A DNA stretch of 64,000 nucleotides from a virus, in IMG/VR virus record IMGVR_UViG_3300048856_000029, positions 24,846 through 88,845 of that record; one strand, 5' to 3'. The notes beneath the pieces were generated by a model. The model was not told the DNA's origin and did no database searches. It saw only the letters and a list, made by a program, of their open reading frames with translations. Shown in pieces: positions 53,877-62,305 of this stretch (position 1 is its first letter; the number at the start of each line of letters is the position of its first letter). The position numbers and the translations under genes are program-made.

Positions 53877-54700
53877 TGCCGAACGTTGAATTCCATCTCG
53901 CGCAACTTCGGCACGCCTTTACGCAGCTCAACGCCGACACCGTCATCAATCAGAAGGATTTCGCCAAGGGCCTCCTGGCGCCGGCGATCACCCACTTCGA
54001 GAACGAGGAAAGTCTGTGGCGCTTCTGGAACGAGAAGGCTCAGACCCTCGCCGAAGAGAATATGCGCCTGCGCCTGACGCTCGGCTTCGTCGCGACCTGG
54101 GCCTGGCGCGAAGATCCGCCGAACGCAAACAACCGACTCACCGACGACGTGCGACTGTCGGCGATCAAATATCACCCAATCGTCAAGGACACTTGGGAGA
54201 CGGATAAGGCCAAGGCGGCAGATCCCGATCTACAGACCGCGTTCGATACCCTCACCTCCTGGCTTCTCAACAACACGGAGCAGGTTTTCGAAGAGGAACC
54301 GGAGATTGATGCAGCCCGAACCGCAATCGCAGAAAGGATGGTGAAAATGACCGATATCTTTGTATTTGGCTCCAACCTTGCGGGCCGACACGGCGCCGGA
54401 GCCGCGCTCTACGCCGCGAAGAATCGCGGCGCGATCTACGGTCAGGGCATCGGCTTGCAGGGCACGTCCTATGGCATCCCGACCAAAGATCGTCAGATCG
54501 AAACTCTGCCGCTCTCCGAAATCCGGCGCCACGTCAACGACTTCATCGTGTTCGCCAAGAGCCGGCCGGACCTGACCTTCGACATCACGCCGATCGGCTG
54601 CGGTCTCGCCGGCTACAAGCGGGCGCAGATCAAGCCGATGTTCGAAGGAATGCCGGCCAACTGCCGCTTCAACAAGACCTGGGAGGATCCTGATCTATGA
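53876..54700 (+). CDS. Hypothetical protein fused in frame to an A1S_2505-type (macro-like) phage domain
   Basis: From 54347: IFVFGSNLAGRHGAGAA...YGIPT...TPIGCGLAGY. Confidence 0.75.
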   Translation: MPNVEFHLAQLRHAFTQLNADTVINQKDFAKGLLAPAITHFENEESLWRFWNEKAQTLAEENMRLRLTLGFVATWAWREDPPNANNRLTDDVRLSAIKYHPIVKDTWETDKAKAADPDLQTAFDTLTSWLLNNTEQVFEEEPEIDAARTAIAERMVKMTDIFVFGSNLAGRHGAGAALYAAKNRGAIYGQGIGLQGTSYGIPTKDRQIETLPLSEIRRHVNDFIVFAKSRPDLTFDITPIGCGLAGYKRAQIKPMFEGMPANCRFNKTWEDPDL

Positions 54701-54978
54701 CCAAGAAAATATCACCGTCGGAAATCGAGTTCGACATCAAGAAGGGCAAGTCGGCCTGGGATCACAAAACGCCGGTCGTCTCCATCCTGATCGCCACGAA
54801 GGACGAAGACCACGATGACTCCGACAACCTCGGCCGTCACAACGTCTCCGACCTGCCCAAGATCATCGGCACTGAGCATTCGGAATGCTCCTTCGAGGTC
54901 CGCGACGGCGACCTTGACGACATCAAGGCGCAGATGATCGCGGCCGGCTTCACCTACAAGAAAATGAGGAATTGGTAA
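54697..54978 (+). CDS. Small hypothetical protein
   Basis: ATGA overlap upstream, TAATG downstream. Confidence 0.65.
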   Translation: MTKKISPSEIEFDIKKGKSAWDHKTPVVSILIATKDEDHDDSDNLGRHNVSDLPKIIGTEHSECSFEVRDGDLDDIKAQMIAAGFTYKKMRNW

Positions 54979-56428
54979 TGAGCAATATCTCGGGCAAGAC
55001 GCTCGTAGCGTGGGGCTTGCAGCCAGGCGCATGGTTCAAGGAAGCGCTCCCGCTCGCGCGCCAGCTCCGCGAGGACGGCAAGACGGACAAGGAGATCATC
55101 CAGGCGCTGTTCCCGATGCAGGCAACCAAGGCTGTCGAGGAAGGCGTGCCGCTGCGCACCAACAACATTCCGTTCGGCCAGTTCATCGAGCCGGAAGGGG
55201 AAGACGAGAAGGCCAACGTCGCCTCGGTTCTCGCTCACATGGATGCGCTGATGCGCGTCCCGACGATCGAGCGCGGCGCAGTCATGCCGGACGCTTGCCC
55301 GTCAGGCTCGGCAATGGGCACGATCCCGGTCGGTGGTGTCGTCGCCGCGAAGAACGCGATCCACCCGGGCTTCCATTCCGCGGATATCTGCTGCTCGATG
55401 GCGATCTCCGTCTTCAAGCGCGACGTGCCAGTCGACTACGTCCTGGATATCGCGATGAAGGCCACGCATTTCGGCGTCGGCAAACGAACGGCATCGGAAG
55501 CGCGCCAGCAGAAGGAGCTGGTGCAGTTGGTGAATGTCTTTGAGCAGAACCCCTTCCTCAAGGGTCTCGAGGACTATGCCATCCATCACTTCATGACCCA
55601 GGGCGACGGCAACCACTTCTTCTATGTCGGCGAATTGGAATCGACCGGGCAGTTGGCGATCGTCACGCATCATGGCTCTCGCGGACTGGGCGGCCAGCTC
55701 TACAAGCGCGGCAAGGCAGCGGCTGAACGCCATACCCGAATTGTCGCCGGCCGGGTGCCGTTGCACAACGCCTGGATCGAGGCCGACACCCAGGTCGGTC
55801 AGGATTACTGGCAGGCACTGCAGGCGATCCGCCTGTGGACGAAGATGAACCATTTCGCCATTCACAACCTGGTCGCCAAGCGCCTCGGCAATCAGATCAT
55901 CGGGCAGTTCTGGAACGAACATAACTTCGTCTTCCGGCGCTCCGACGGCCTTTTCTACCACGCCAAGGGCGCCACGCCGAATTTCAAGGGCTTCTCGAAG
56001 GACGACCAGGGCCTCACCCTGATCCCGATGAACATGAGCCAGCCGATCCTCATCACGGAGCATGTCAACAACGAGGATGCTCTGGGTTTCGCACCGCACG
56101 GCGCCGGCCGCAATCTCTCTCTCGCACCGGACACATCAAGCGCCTGATGGAAGAATTCGGCGATACGCGCGGTCTGGGGCCGAACGCTATCAAGGCGATC
56201 ATGGAGCGCGAAACCAAGGGGCTCGACGTCCGGTTCTACACCGGCGATCCGGACGTGTCGGAGCTGCCGAGCGCCTACAAGAATTCAGCCCAGGTTCAGG
56301 CACAGATCGAGAAGTTCGGGCTCGCCAAGATCTCCGATCGCGTTCTACCGCGCGGGTCGATCATGGCCGGCGAAATGAAGTGGCACAAGGGCAAGAAGCC
56401 CAAGGCTGACGCCGCTCAGACAGCCTGA
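54978..56428 (+). pseudogene. rtcB: RtcB-family RNA ligase interrupted by a 2-nt (TC) insertion near 56114-56123
   Basis: MPDAC, SADICCSM, GDGNHFF, HHGSRG, NEHN, HGAGRNLS; C-terminal SELPSAYK lies in the +2 frame (56147-56428). Confidence 0.85.
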
Positions 56429-56495
56429 ATCCGATCACCGACATGGGGAGCCGCATCCCGCGGCTCCCTCGCCTATCGAAGAGGAAGGAGGCATC

Positions 56496-56837
56496 GTGAC
56501 TGACGACGAGAAGAAGGCGCGCATCCGAGAACTGAATGACGAGTTGCGGCGAAAAGGTCATGCGCGCAACGGCAGAATGATTGCAGTCGGCGCACTAGCC
56601 CAAGACCATTATGTGAAAGGCCTAGCCGCCGCCGTCGCGGCCGGCCTCTTCACCGACTTTAACGAGGAAAATGATCCTCACGGCGAGCACGACTGCGCCA
56701 CGTTCATGTTCAACGGCGAGCGGTTCATGTTCAAGATCGACTATTTCGCCTTGGATGAAGAGACGCTCTCCGAGCACCCCGAGGATCCAAACATCACCAT
56801 CCGCATCATGAGCGTCATGTATGCCGAGGACTACTGA
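56496..56837 (+). CDS. DUF3768-family protein
   Basis: IRELNDELRR, DFNEENDPHGEHD, FKIDYF, MSVMYAEDY. Confidence 0.85.
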   Translation: MTDDEKKARIRELNDELRRKGHARNGRMIAVGALAQDHYVKGLAAAVAAGLFTDFNEENDPHGEHDCATFMFNGERFMFKIDYFALDEETLSEHPEDPNITIRIMSVMYAEDY

Positions 56838-57136
56838 TGCACGAGGCGCTGATCGAGTCATTCGTCGATAAGGTCAATCGATATTTCGTGGGGTTGACCG
56901 AGATCACGCAGGACGTCTGGAACGAGGACGAAAAGCCGACCTATCGCATTCAGGTCACTGCCCTCGCGGACGGCGTCAATGAGCACGACATCACCTGCAA
57001 AGGCGAACGCCGGGCGCGCCAGATCTTCAAAAAGTTCTGTCGAGAATACGGAATGACGGTCGAAAGCGACGATGGCGAGGCCGTGCCGGAGCCGAGGGCC
57101 GACTATACCGATAACCCGCTCTATGGTCGCTTCTGA
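56837..57136 (+). CDS. Hypothetical protein with C-terminal YGRF tail
   Basis: Ends YTDNPLYGRF*. Confidence 0.75.
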   Translation: MHEALIESFVDKVNRYFVGLTEITQDVWNEDEKPTYRIQVTALADGVNEHDITCKGERRARQIFKKFCREYGMTVESDDGEAVPEPRADYTDNPLYGRF

Positions 57137-57199
57137 TCCCAGTAGGAGCCCTTGTGCGCTCATGCGACACTGAGAGCATAGTGAATTGCAGAGGAATGA

Positions 57200-57460
57200 A
57201 TGAGCAAGAGACTGAGGATTCCGCAGGAGATCATCGACGTGCTTGAGGAGGTAGGCGACTACTCCTTCGAGGAAGGGACCAAGCACACCAAGATCCTGCT
57301 TTGCGGCCGGCAGGTCGGAATCCTACCGAACGGCAAGGGGCGTGACGGCCAGAACCGCGGCCGGCAGCACAAGAATACGGTCGCCGGGATCAAAAGAAAG
57401 ATCCGGGAGATCAAGGAAGCGGCTATGCAAACTGGCGCCGCAATGATAAGTCAATACTGA
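57200..57460 (+). CDS. Small basic protein, HicA-like fold possible
   Basis: EEGTKHTKILL pattern; no HicB adjacent. Confidence 0.45.
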   Translation: MSKRLRIPQEIIDVLEEVGDYSFEEGTKHTKILLCGRQVGILPNGKGRDGQNRGRQHKNTVAGIKRKIREIKEAAMQTGAAMISQY

Positions 57461-57464
57461 CTGC
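57445..57464 (+). promoter_or_regulatory. Near-consensus operator copy
   Basis: GATAAGTCAATACTGACTGC. Confidence 0.85.
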
Positions 57465-57476
57465 GAGGAGCAACCA

Positions 57477-57890
57477 ATGAACGTTTCCGTCCAGCACATG
57501 AACTTTCCCGCCCTGCTCTACCGGGTTGGCAACACCAAGACCAACCTCGGCTGCTGGTATGACGACGAAGGGCGCTCGACCGGCATCATTCACACTTTGA
57601 GCGATGGCCCGGCCAAGGTGCTGCCGATGGGCTGGCACCCGATCTTCAGCTCCGATTATCGGCGTTGGATCAGTGCGACCGATCGGCTCGCCGACATCGC
57701 CAGGTGGTTCAGCCGGAGGGACATGACCGAACTTCTGGAACGCGGCTACGCGCTCGAGGAGATCGCTGTCAGCAGCTACCGGCGCTTCCAGTTTGCAACC
57801 TACGGGCACGCCGTCTTCTGCGCCGAGGAGGTCATCTCCCGGAAGATGATCGAGCCCTGGCTGCCGTATGAGATGAGGAAGGCCGCCTGA
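57477..57890 (+). CDS. Hypothetical protein
   Basis: GAGGAG RBS. Confidence 0.7.
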   Translation: MNVSVQHMNFPALLYRVGNTKTNLGCWYDDEGRSTGIIHTLSDGPAKVLPMGWHPIFSSDYRRWISATDRLADIARWFSRRDMTELLERGYALEEIAVSSYRRFQFATYGHAVFCAEEVISRKMIEPWLPYEMRKAA

Positions 57891-58240
57891 TGTCCGCGGA
57901 GATCAAGACCCGCATCAAATGGCACACCGGTCACAGGACCGGTCGGGGCTTTGCCTATAGCTGGCGCATGGGCGACCGGCGCATTGAGGGCAAGCTCCGC
58001 GACAACGCGCTGGTGATCAAGGATTTGCTGCTGAGCGGCGATCCGGAGCACTTCATCGCCTCGCTGCGGAGCATCATCGAATACGGCAGGGTCGGCGAGC
58101 AGCGCATCGACTGGATCTACGTCGAGCAGATCAATTTCCGGGTCGCAAACCGCCTGGTTGCCGAGCTGCAGTTCCGTGTCGAGCCAGGCATCACCGTTGA
58201 TTGCTGGCGCCAAGCCGACGGCCTGGAGCTGCCGCTATGA
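57890..58240 (+). CDS. Hypothetical protein
   Basis: TGATG-coupled. Confidence 0.65.
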   Translation: MSAEIKTRIKWHTGHRTGRGFAYSWRMGDRRIEGKLRDNALVIKDLLLSGDPEHFIASLRSIIEYGRVGEQRIDWIYVEQINFRVANRLVAELQFRVEPGITVDCWRQADGLELPL

Positions 58241-58563
58241 GCCCGCTTCAATACGATACAAGCCGATGGACCCTGCTCTCGAGGAGCGGCAGATGGGCTC
58301 TGCTCACGTCGAAGACCCAGACCGATCAAGCCATGCTTGCGGAATACGCCGATGGCGAATGGGAATTAAATGAAACTGGAGACTTCGAAGCCATGCGGTC
58401 GAAGTTTACCCGCGTCACCGGTCAGGAACACGATAGCTATGGCACCATGACGATCGAAGGCTCAGACCATGAGCCGGTCAGGGTCCAGGTCATCATCTCC
58501 GATCCCATACAGCACAAGCCGGCCGATCCCTACGCAGACAATCCGCTATTCGGGCGGTTCTGA
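58237..58563 (+). CDS. Hypothetical protein with C-terminal FGRF tail
   Basis: Ends YADNPLFGRF*. Confidence 0.7.
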   Translation: MSPLQYDTSRWTLLSRSGRWALLTSKTQTDQAMLAEYADGEWELNETGDFEAMRSKFTRVTGQEHDSYGTMTIEGSDHEPVRVQVIISDPIQHKPADPYADNPLFGRF

Positions 58564-58877
58564 TGAAGCGAGGCGAAGGAAGACGCACCTGGCGCGAGCT
58601 TTATCCGGCCGAAGAATGGTCGACCGTCGAAGGCTTCACCGTCCACGGCATCAAATATGTCCTCTTCCGGCAGCGGGTCAGGTCGCCCAATCCACCGGCC
58701 GCTGTCCTATCGTTCGACGGCCAGCACGGCATGTTGCTCTGGGAGGTCGTCAACGAGGGCAACCTCATCGACGTGACCAACGCCTTCATGCAGCAGAAGC
58801 GCATCCTGACAGCCTCAACCTCATCGCCAAGAGAGCCGCGGGACTACCACGACCACCCTGATTTCGGCAGGTTCTAA
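58563..58877 (+). CDS. Hypothetical protein with C-terminal FGRF tail
   Basis: Ends YHDHPDFGRF*. Confidence 0.7.
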   Translation: MKRGEGRRTWRELYPAEEWSTVEGFTVHGIKYVLFRQRVRSPNPPAAVLSFDGQHGMLLWEVVNEGNLIDVTNAFMQQKRILTASTSSPREPRDYHDHPDFGRF

Positions 58878-58972
58878 CTATGTATTTTGGAAATGAAAAC
58901 AGGCTGTTAGCGCCTGCCGTAACCCTATCTGCGTCGCTCTATCATGCTCATATTCAACAAACGGAGCGCGAC

Positions 58973-59263
58973 ATGAAACGCACACTCACCAACCTGCTCA
59001 AGCACTGCGCGGCTCAGGGCTACACCTTCGTCTGCTACTACGACGACGCCGACGAGCCTGACTACAAGGGCACGAGCCAGCGCGAAGCCAAGGAAGCGCT
59101 CGAAGCCTGCGACGTGATGAACCTCATCATCCTGACGCCGGAAGGCAAACGTTGGGGATGGGTCTTCATCGTTAACGAGCCCGGACAAGATCCCGAAGAA
59201 CAGATGGCTGACTATACAGTCAATGACCCGGTCAACACCTGGATGGAAGGAGAAACCGCATGA
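58973..59263 (+). CDS. Hypothetical protein
   Basis: CGGAG RBS before ATG 58973. Confidence 0.7.
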   Translation: MKRTLTNLLKHCAAQGYTFVCYYDDADEPDYKGTSQREAKEALEACDVMNLIILTPEGKRWGWVFIVNEPGQDPEEQMADYTVNDPVNTWMEGETA

Positions 59264-59508
59264 CCAAGGCGCGGCGCTACAAGGCTCCAAACGGAATAGA
59301 GATCTCCGGCACGTCCGAAATTCTGCCGGCAACTGCCTTGATTGACAGCATCAACGACGACGGCACGCCGAACTATGCCGGCGAAAGTAAGCTCTGGTGG
59401 GACGACCAGAAAACCAAGACGCGCGACGGCAAGATCCTTTTCGTCGACGAAAGCGGTGAGGAGTGGACCTTCGACCAACTCACGCCCATTCAGGAGGAAG
59501 GCGAATGA
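59260..59508 (+). CDS. Hypothetical protein
   Basis: ATGA-coupled. Confidence 0.7.
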   Translation: MTKARRYKAPNGIEISGTSEILPATALIDSINDDGTPNYAGESKLWWDDQKTKTRDGKILFVDESGEEWTFDQLTPIQEEGE

Positions 59509-59900
59509 GCAGCCTCGACAGCGCACGCAAACGGATGCGCCCAATCAGCAACATCCCGGCATCCCGATCCGGCATCTCGGATACCCAGAAGCTGATCCGC
59601 ATAGTTCACGCGGAGATGGGAATCATCGCCACGACGCCACCCCATGCCATGAAATATCCGAAGCACCAGGACAAGGAGAAAGGCTCGGTCTGGCGCGGGC
59701 TCTGCAACCGCACCGCTTGCGACGGCTTCCCGGCCCAGCACTATAACCTTGGCACCTATGGCTACTATTGCGCGCCGTGTGCCCACGCCATCAACCGCGG
59801 GCACCGACAGCAACCGCTTTGCATCGAGGTCGACCACAGTCTGTCGCTCGAGGAGATGGACCGTCTCTACCGCGACCATCACGCCGAGGTGTTCAAATGA
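59505..59900 (+). CDS. Hypothetical protein with Cys/His cluster
   Basis: GLCNRTAC...YYCAPCAHAIN. Confidence 0.7.
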   Translation: MSSLDSARKRMRPISNIPASRSGISDTQKLIRIVHAEMGIIATTPPHAMKYPKHQDKEKGSVWRGLCNRTACDGFPAQHYNLGTYGYYCAPCAHAINRGHRQQPLCIEVDHSLSLEEMDRLYRDHHAEVFK

Positions 59901-60259
59901 GCAGCGTTTCCCTCTCGTCAGCCGATATGCGGGAGATCGCCCGGCGCGCAAGTAGGTACGGGGACGTCAAGCGCGCTACAGACGAAGTCGTTCGCGAAAA
60001 GCAGACCAAACGACAGCAGGACGAGGCGCGCTACAACACGCATCGCATGACCGAGGACAAGCGCCGTATCCAGGCAAGGGACGCATGGCCCCTGCCTTGG
60101 CTGCCAGTAAAATCGCAGCCGTGGATCACGAACCTTGAAGGAGGCATGGCAACTGGTCGGATCGAGGCTAAGGATCTCCTCACGGTTCTCCAGGACGGCA
60201 GAGAGCCGGTAACGTTCGCCAGCCTCGACGACTTGGTTCAGTGGTGGAGCGTGGACTGA
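59897..60259 (+). CDS. Hypothetical protein
   Basis: ATGA-coupled; last gene of the + operon. Confidence 0.6.
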   Translation: MSSVSLSSADMREIARRASRYGDVKRATDEVVREKQTKRQQDEARYNTHRMTEDKRRIQARDAWPLPWLPVKSQPWITNLEGGMATGRIEAKDLLTVLQDGREPVTFASLDDLVQWWSVD

Positions 60260-60261
60260 CT

Positions 60262-60714
60262 TCAGTCTAGCACATGGATCATATCTTCGAGCCCGATATC
60301 GGTCCAGATTTTGATCAACTGCGCCTTTGTTTCTCTGACTCTCGCATTCGGCGGCTTGCTACGCTCCGCGAAATACAGCACCGAGCGCGCGTCTGGATGA
60401 TCCATCACTCCTGGCGTCGCATCATCACGGTCGATCACCGCTTTCGCATTTATAGCGAGTGCGCTCCCACCAGGTGCGGTAAGATTAGCGAATGCCAGAT
60501 CATCGAACATCTTGACGACATCGCCCATTTCGTCTGTCACATAGTATTTGGATCCCGCATAGACCATCGTTTTGCAGTCAGGATCTATTTTCAGGGCCTT
60601 GTGCATGCCCTCTAGAAGCTCACCAACGTAACAAACTGAATCTGGCGCGACTTTAACGTCGCCCCATCCGGGAGTTTTAGGGTAACTTTGGTCATCTCGG
60701 GACTCCGGTTGCAC
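60262..60714 (-). CDS. Hypothetical protein (low-GC accessory region)
   Basis: GGGAG RBS, GTG start. Confidence 0.6.
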   Translation of the reverse strand: MQPESRDDQSYPKTPGWGDVKVAPDSVCYVGELLEGMHKALKIDPDCKTMVYAGSKYYVTDEMGDVVKMFDDLAFANLTAPGGSALAINAKAVIDRDDATPGVMDHPDARSVLYFAERSKPPNARVRETKAQLIKIWTDIGLEDMIHVLD

Positions 60715-60806
60715 TCCCGCAATACTCTCTCATAAGTTAAAGGAATTACAAATACCATTTGGTGCAGCCGTTTCTTAGGCTTTTTACAGATCTGGGTATT
60801 GAAGCA

Positions 60807-61310
60807 CTAGACCTTCCCGTTGCGCTCAACAGCATATTTCCCCAGCGCACTAACAAGCTCAAGTTGCGCCGCGCGATATGGTTTGAATGCCTCAGACATT
60901 CCTTCGCCTATTGAGCCGGTTTCTCCATTGAGACGCTTTACACCAGCCTGGCTCATCCAGAGCAGGTAGCTGTCGGATGCCCTATCAAGAGCGTTAACCG
61001 GATCCAACAGAGACGGAAAGTATAGGGCTGCAATCGAGATTGTCGTGTAAATCGGAGGCGGCCCCAGGTCGATCTTTTCTCCAAACGCTATGACATTCCG
61101 CTTATTATCAAGCCAGTGGTCATGCGTGTAGATCGACGTAAACATGGCCTCAAATCGCTCGAGGCGCTTGGACCGCTCGGCGTTCCTCGCGGTGAGAAAG
61201 TTTGAGATGAATGGCCCAACAGCTCCACCTAATACAGCGAGAAGCCCACCCACGATCACCGGGAGCAAGATCGGCCAAAAACTAACTTCTCCGGCGTTCA
61301 TTCCGACCAC
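60807..61310 (-). CDS. Membrane-anchored hypothetical protein
   Basis: N-terminal TM FWPILLPVIVGGLLAVLGG. Confidence 0.65.
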   Translation of the reverse strand: MVGMNAGEVSFWPILLPVIVGGLLAVLGGAVGPFISNFLTARNAERSKRLERFEAMFTSIYTHDHWLDNKRNVIAFGEKIDLGPPPIYTTISIAALYFPSLLDPVNALDRASDSYLLWMSQAGVKRLNGETGSIGEGMSEAFKPYRAAQLELVSALGKYAVERNGKV

Positions 61311-61353
61311 CCCTCAATTAAAAGTGTATACGGGAGCGAGACGTGCTGACACA

Positions 61354-61635
61354 TCAAAGCGGCGATGAGCGAACCATGTGAAAATGCACGTGGTCATCCA
61401 TCCCCAGCAAGTAGTCGCCACCTTGGTTGCTCGAACTTGTCCGGACCCAAACCCAAGTTCTTCTGTCCTGCTCGGCGTAATAATATACTTCGGCAGCGAC
61501 GACATCGGTGATCGTTACCTTCTCCCCGCCCAATCGCATGGTGATAACCCCGCTTCCGCCAGGCGCATAGTGGGCAAGAAGTATTGGCCTCTTCACCGGC
61601 CCAGAAATTTCCTGTGCTCTTAATTCATCGGCCAT
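61354..61635 (-). CDS. Small hypothetical protein
   Basis: GAGGA RBS; diverges from repeat 1. Confidence 0.55.
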   Translation of the reverse strand: MADELRAQEISGPVKRPILLAHYAPGGSGVITMRLGGEKVTITDVVAAEVYYYAEQDRRTWVWVRTSSSNQGGDYLLGMDDHVHFHMVRSSPL

Positions 61636-61653
61636 CGCTTTTCCTCAATCTGT

Positions 61654-61734
61654 GATGATAGATATCAACCGATAGTCGCCTTTGACCTGGAAATTCGCAA
61701 CCAACAAAACAAGGACTTCCAAGGTAAAGATATG
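61654..61734 (+). repeat. 81-bp leader repeat, copy 1
   Basis: GATGATAGATATCAACCGATAGTCGCCTTTGACC...AAAGATATG. Confidence 0.8.
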
Positions 61735-61977
61735 ATCCTGGACGCTACACCCAAAGATGGAACACTGAAGTCCCTGGCATACTGGCTGTCTCAGCATGAC
61801 CTTCATCTCGGTATCAGTGTCGACGCTGCGAGGTTTGGACGCGATGACATCGTTGCAAAAGCTGATCTTCACACAGAAGAGGCGACGGAGAATCTGATTT
61901 CGAGCCTGCGATCGTTCTTACACCAGAACGGCATCTATCCATGGCCAACGCCAGATGAGGCGCCTAACAATCCGTGA
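61732..61977 (+). CDS. Small hypothetical protein
   Basis: Starts at the ATG ending repeat 1. Confidence 0.55.
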   Translation: MILDATPKDGTLKSLAYWLSQHDLHLGISVDAARFGRDDIVAKADLHTEEATENLISSLRSFLHQNGIYPWPTPDEAPNNP

Positions 61978-61980
61978 CTA

Positions 61981-62214
61981 CTACTGGGGCGGCCGACCAG
62001 CTCGACGGCGTGCCTCTTGAATCCGATAGCCGCGAAGCTCTCGGTTCTCGGCACGAGCCTGACGAATGTCAGCCTTTGCCTGCTTCTTGTCCTCGCTCGA
62101 TAAGATGTATTCGGCAAATCGGAAGATAGCGCCGATCAATTTGAACAGGCCAATGAGCAACGCAATCAGCACCCCACAGGCAACTTTAATCGCTCTCATC
62201 ATTGGGGCTGACAC
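61981..62214 (-). CDS. Small membrane-anchored basic protein
   Basis: TM then Arg-rich tail; GAGGTG RBS. Confidence 0.55.
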   Translation of the reverse strand: MSAPMMRAIKVACGVLIALLIGLFKLIGAIFRFAEYILSSEDKKQAKADIRQARAENRELRGYRIQEARRRAGRPPQ

Positions 62215-62224
62215 CTCGACGCAG

Positions 62225-62305
62225 GATGATAAATATCAACCGATAGTCACCTTTGACTCGTAAATTTGCAACCAGCAAAACAGGGAATTCTAAGCAAAAG
62301 AAATG
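62225..62305 (+). repeat. 81-bp leader repeat, copy 2
   Basis: GATGATAAATATCAACCGATAGTCACCTTTGACT...AAAGAAATG. Confidence 0.8.

Noticed and set aside
104-57464. Repeated motif as a CRISPR array or iterons
   Set aside because: The copies are dispersed singly at promoters, not arrayed with spacers; no cas genes.
4863-58877. GRF tail as a DNA-level repeat or translational-coupling signal
   Set aside because: Synonymous codons differ between copies and downstream spacing varies (overlap, +2, +1 or none), so the conservation is at the protein level.
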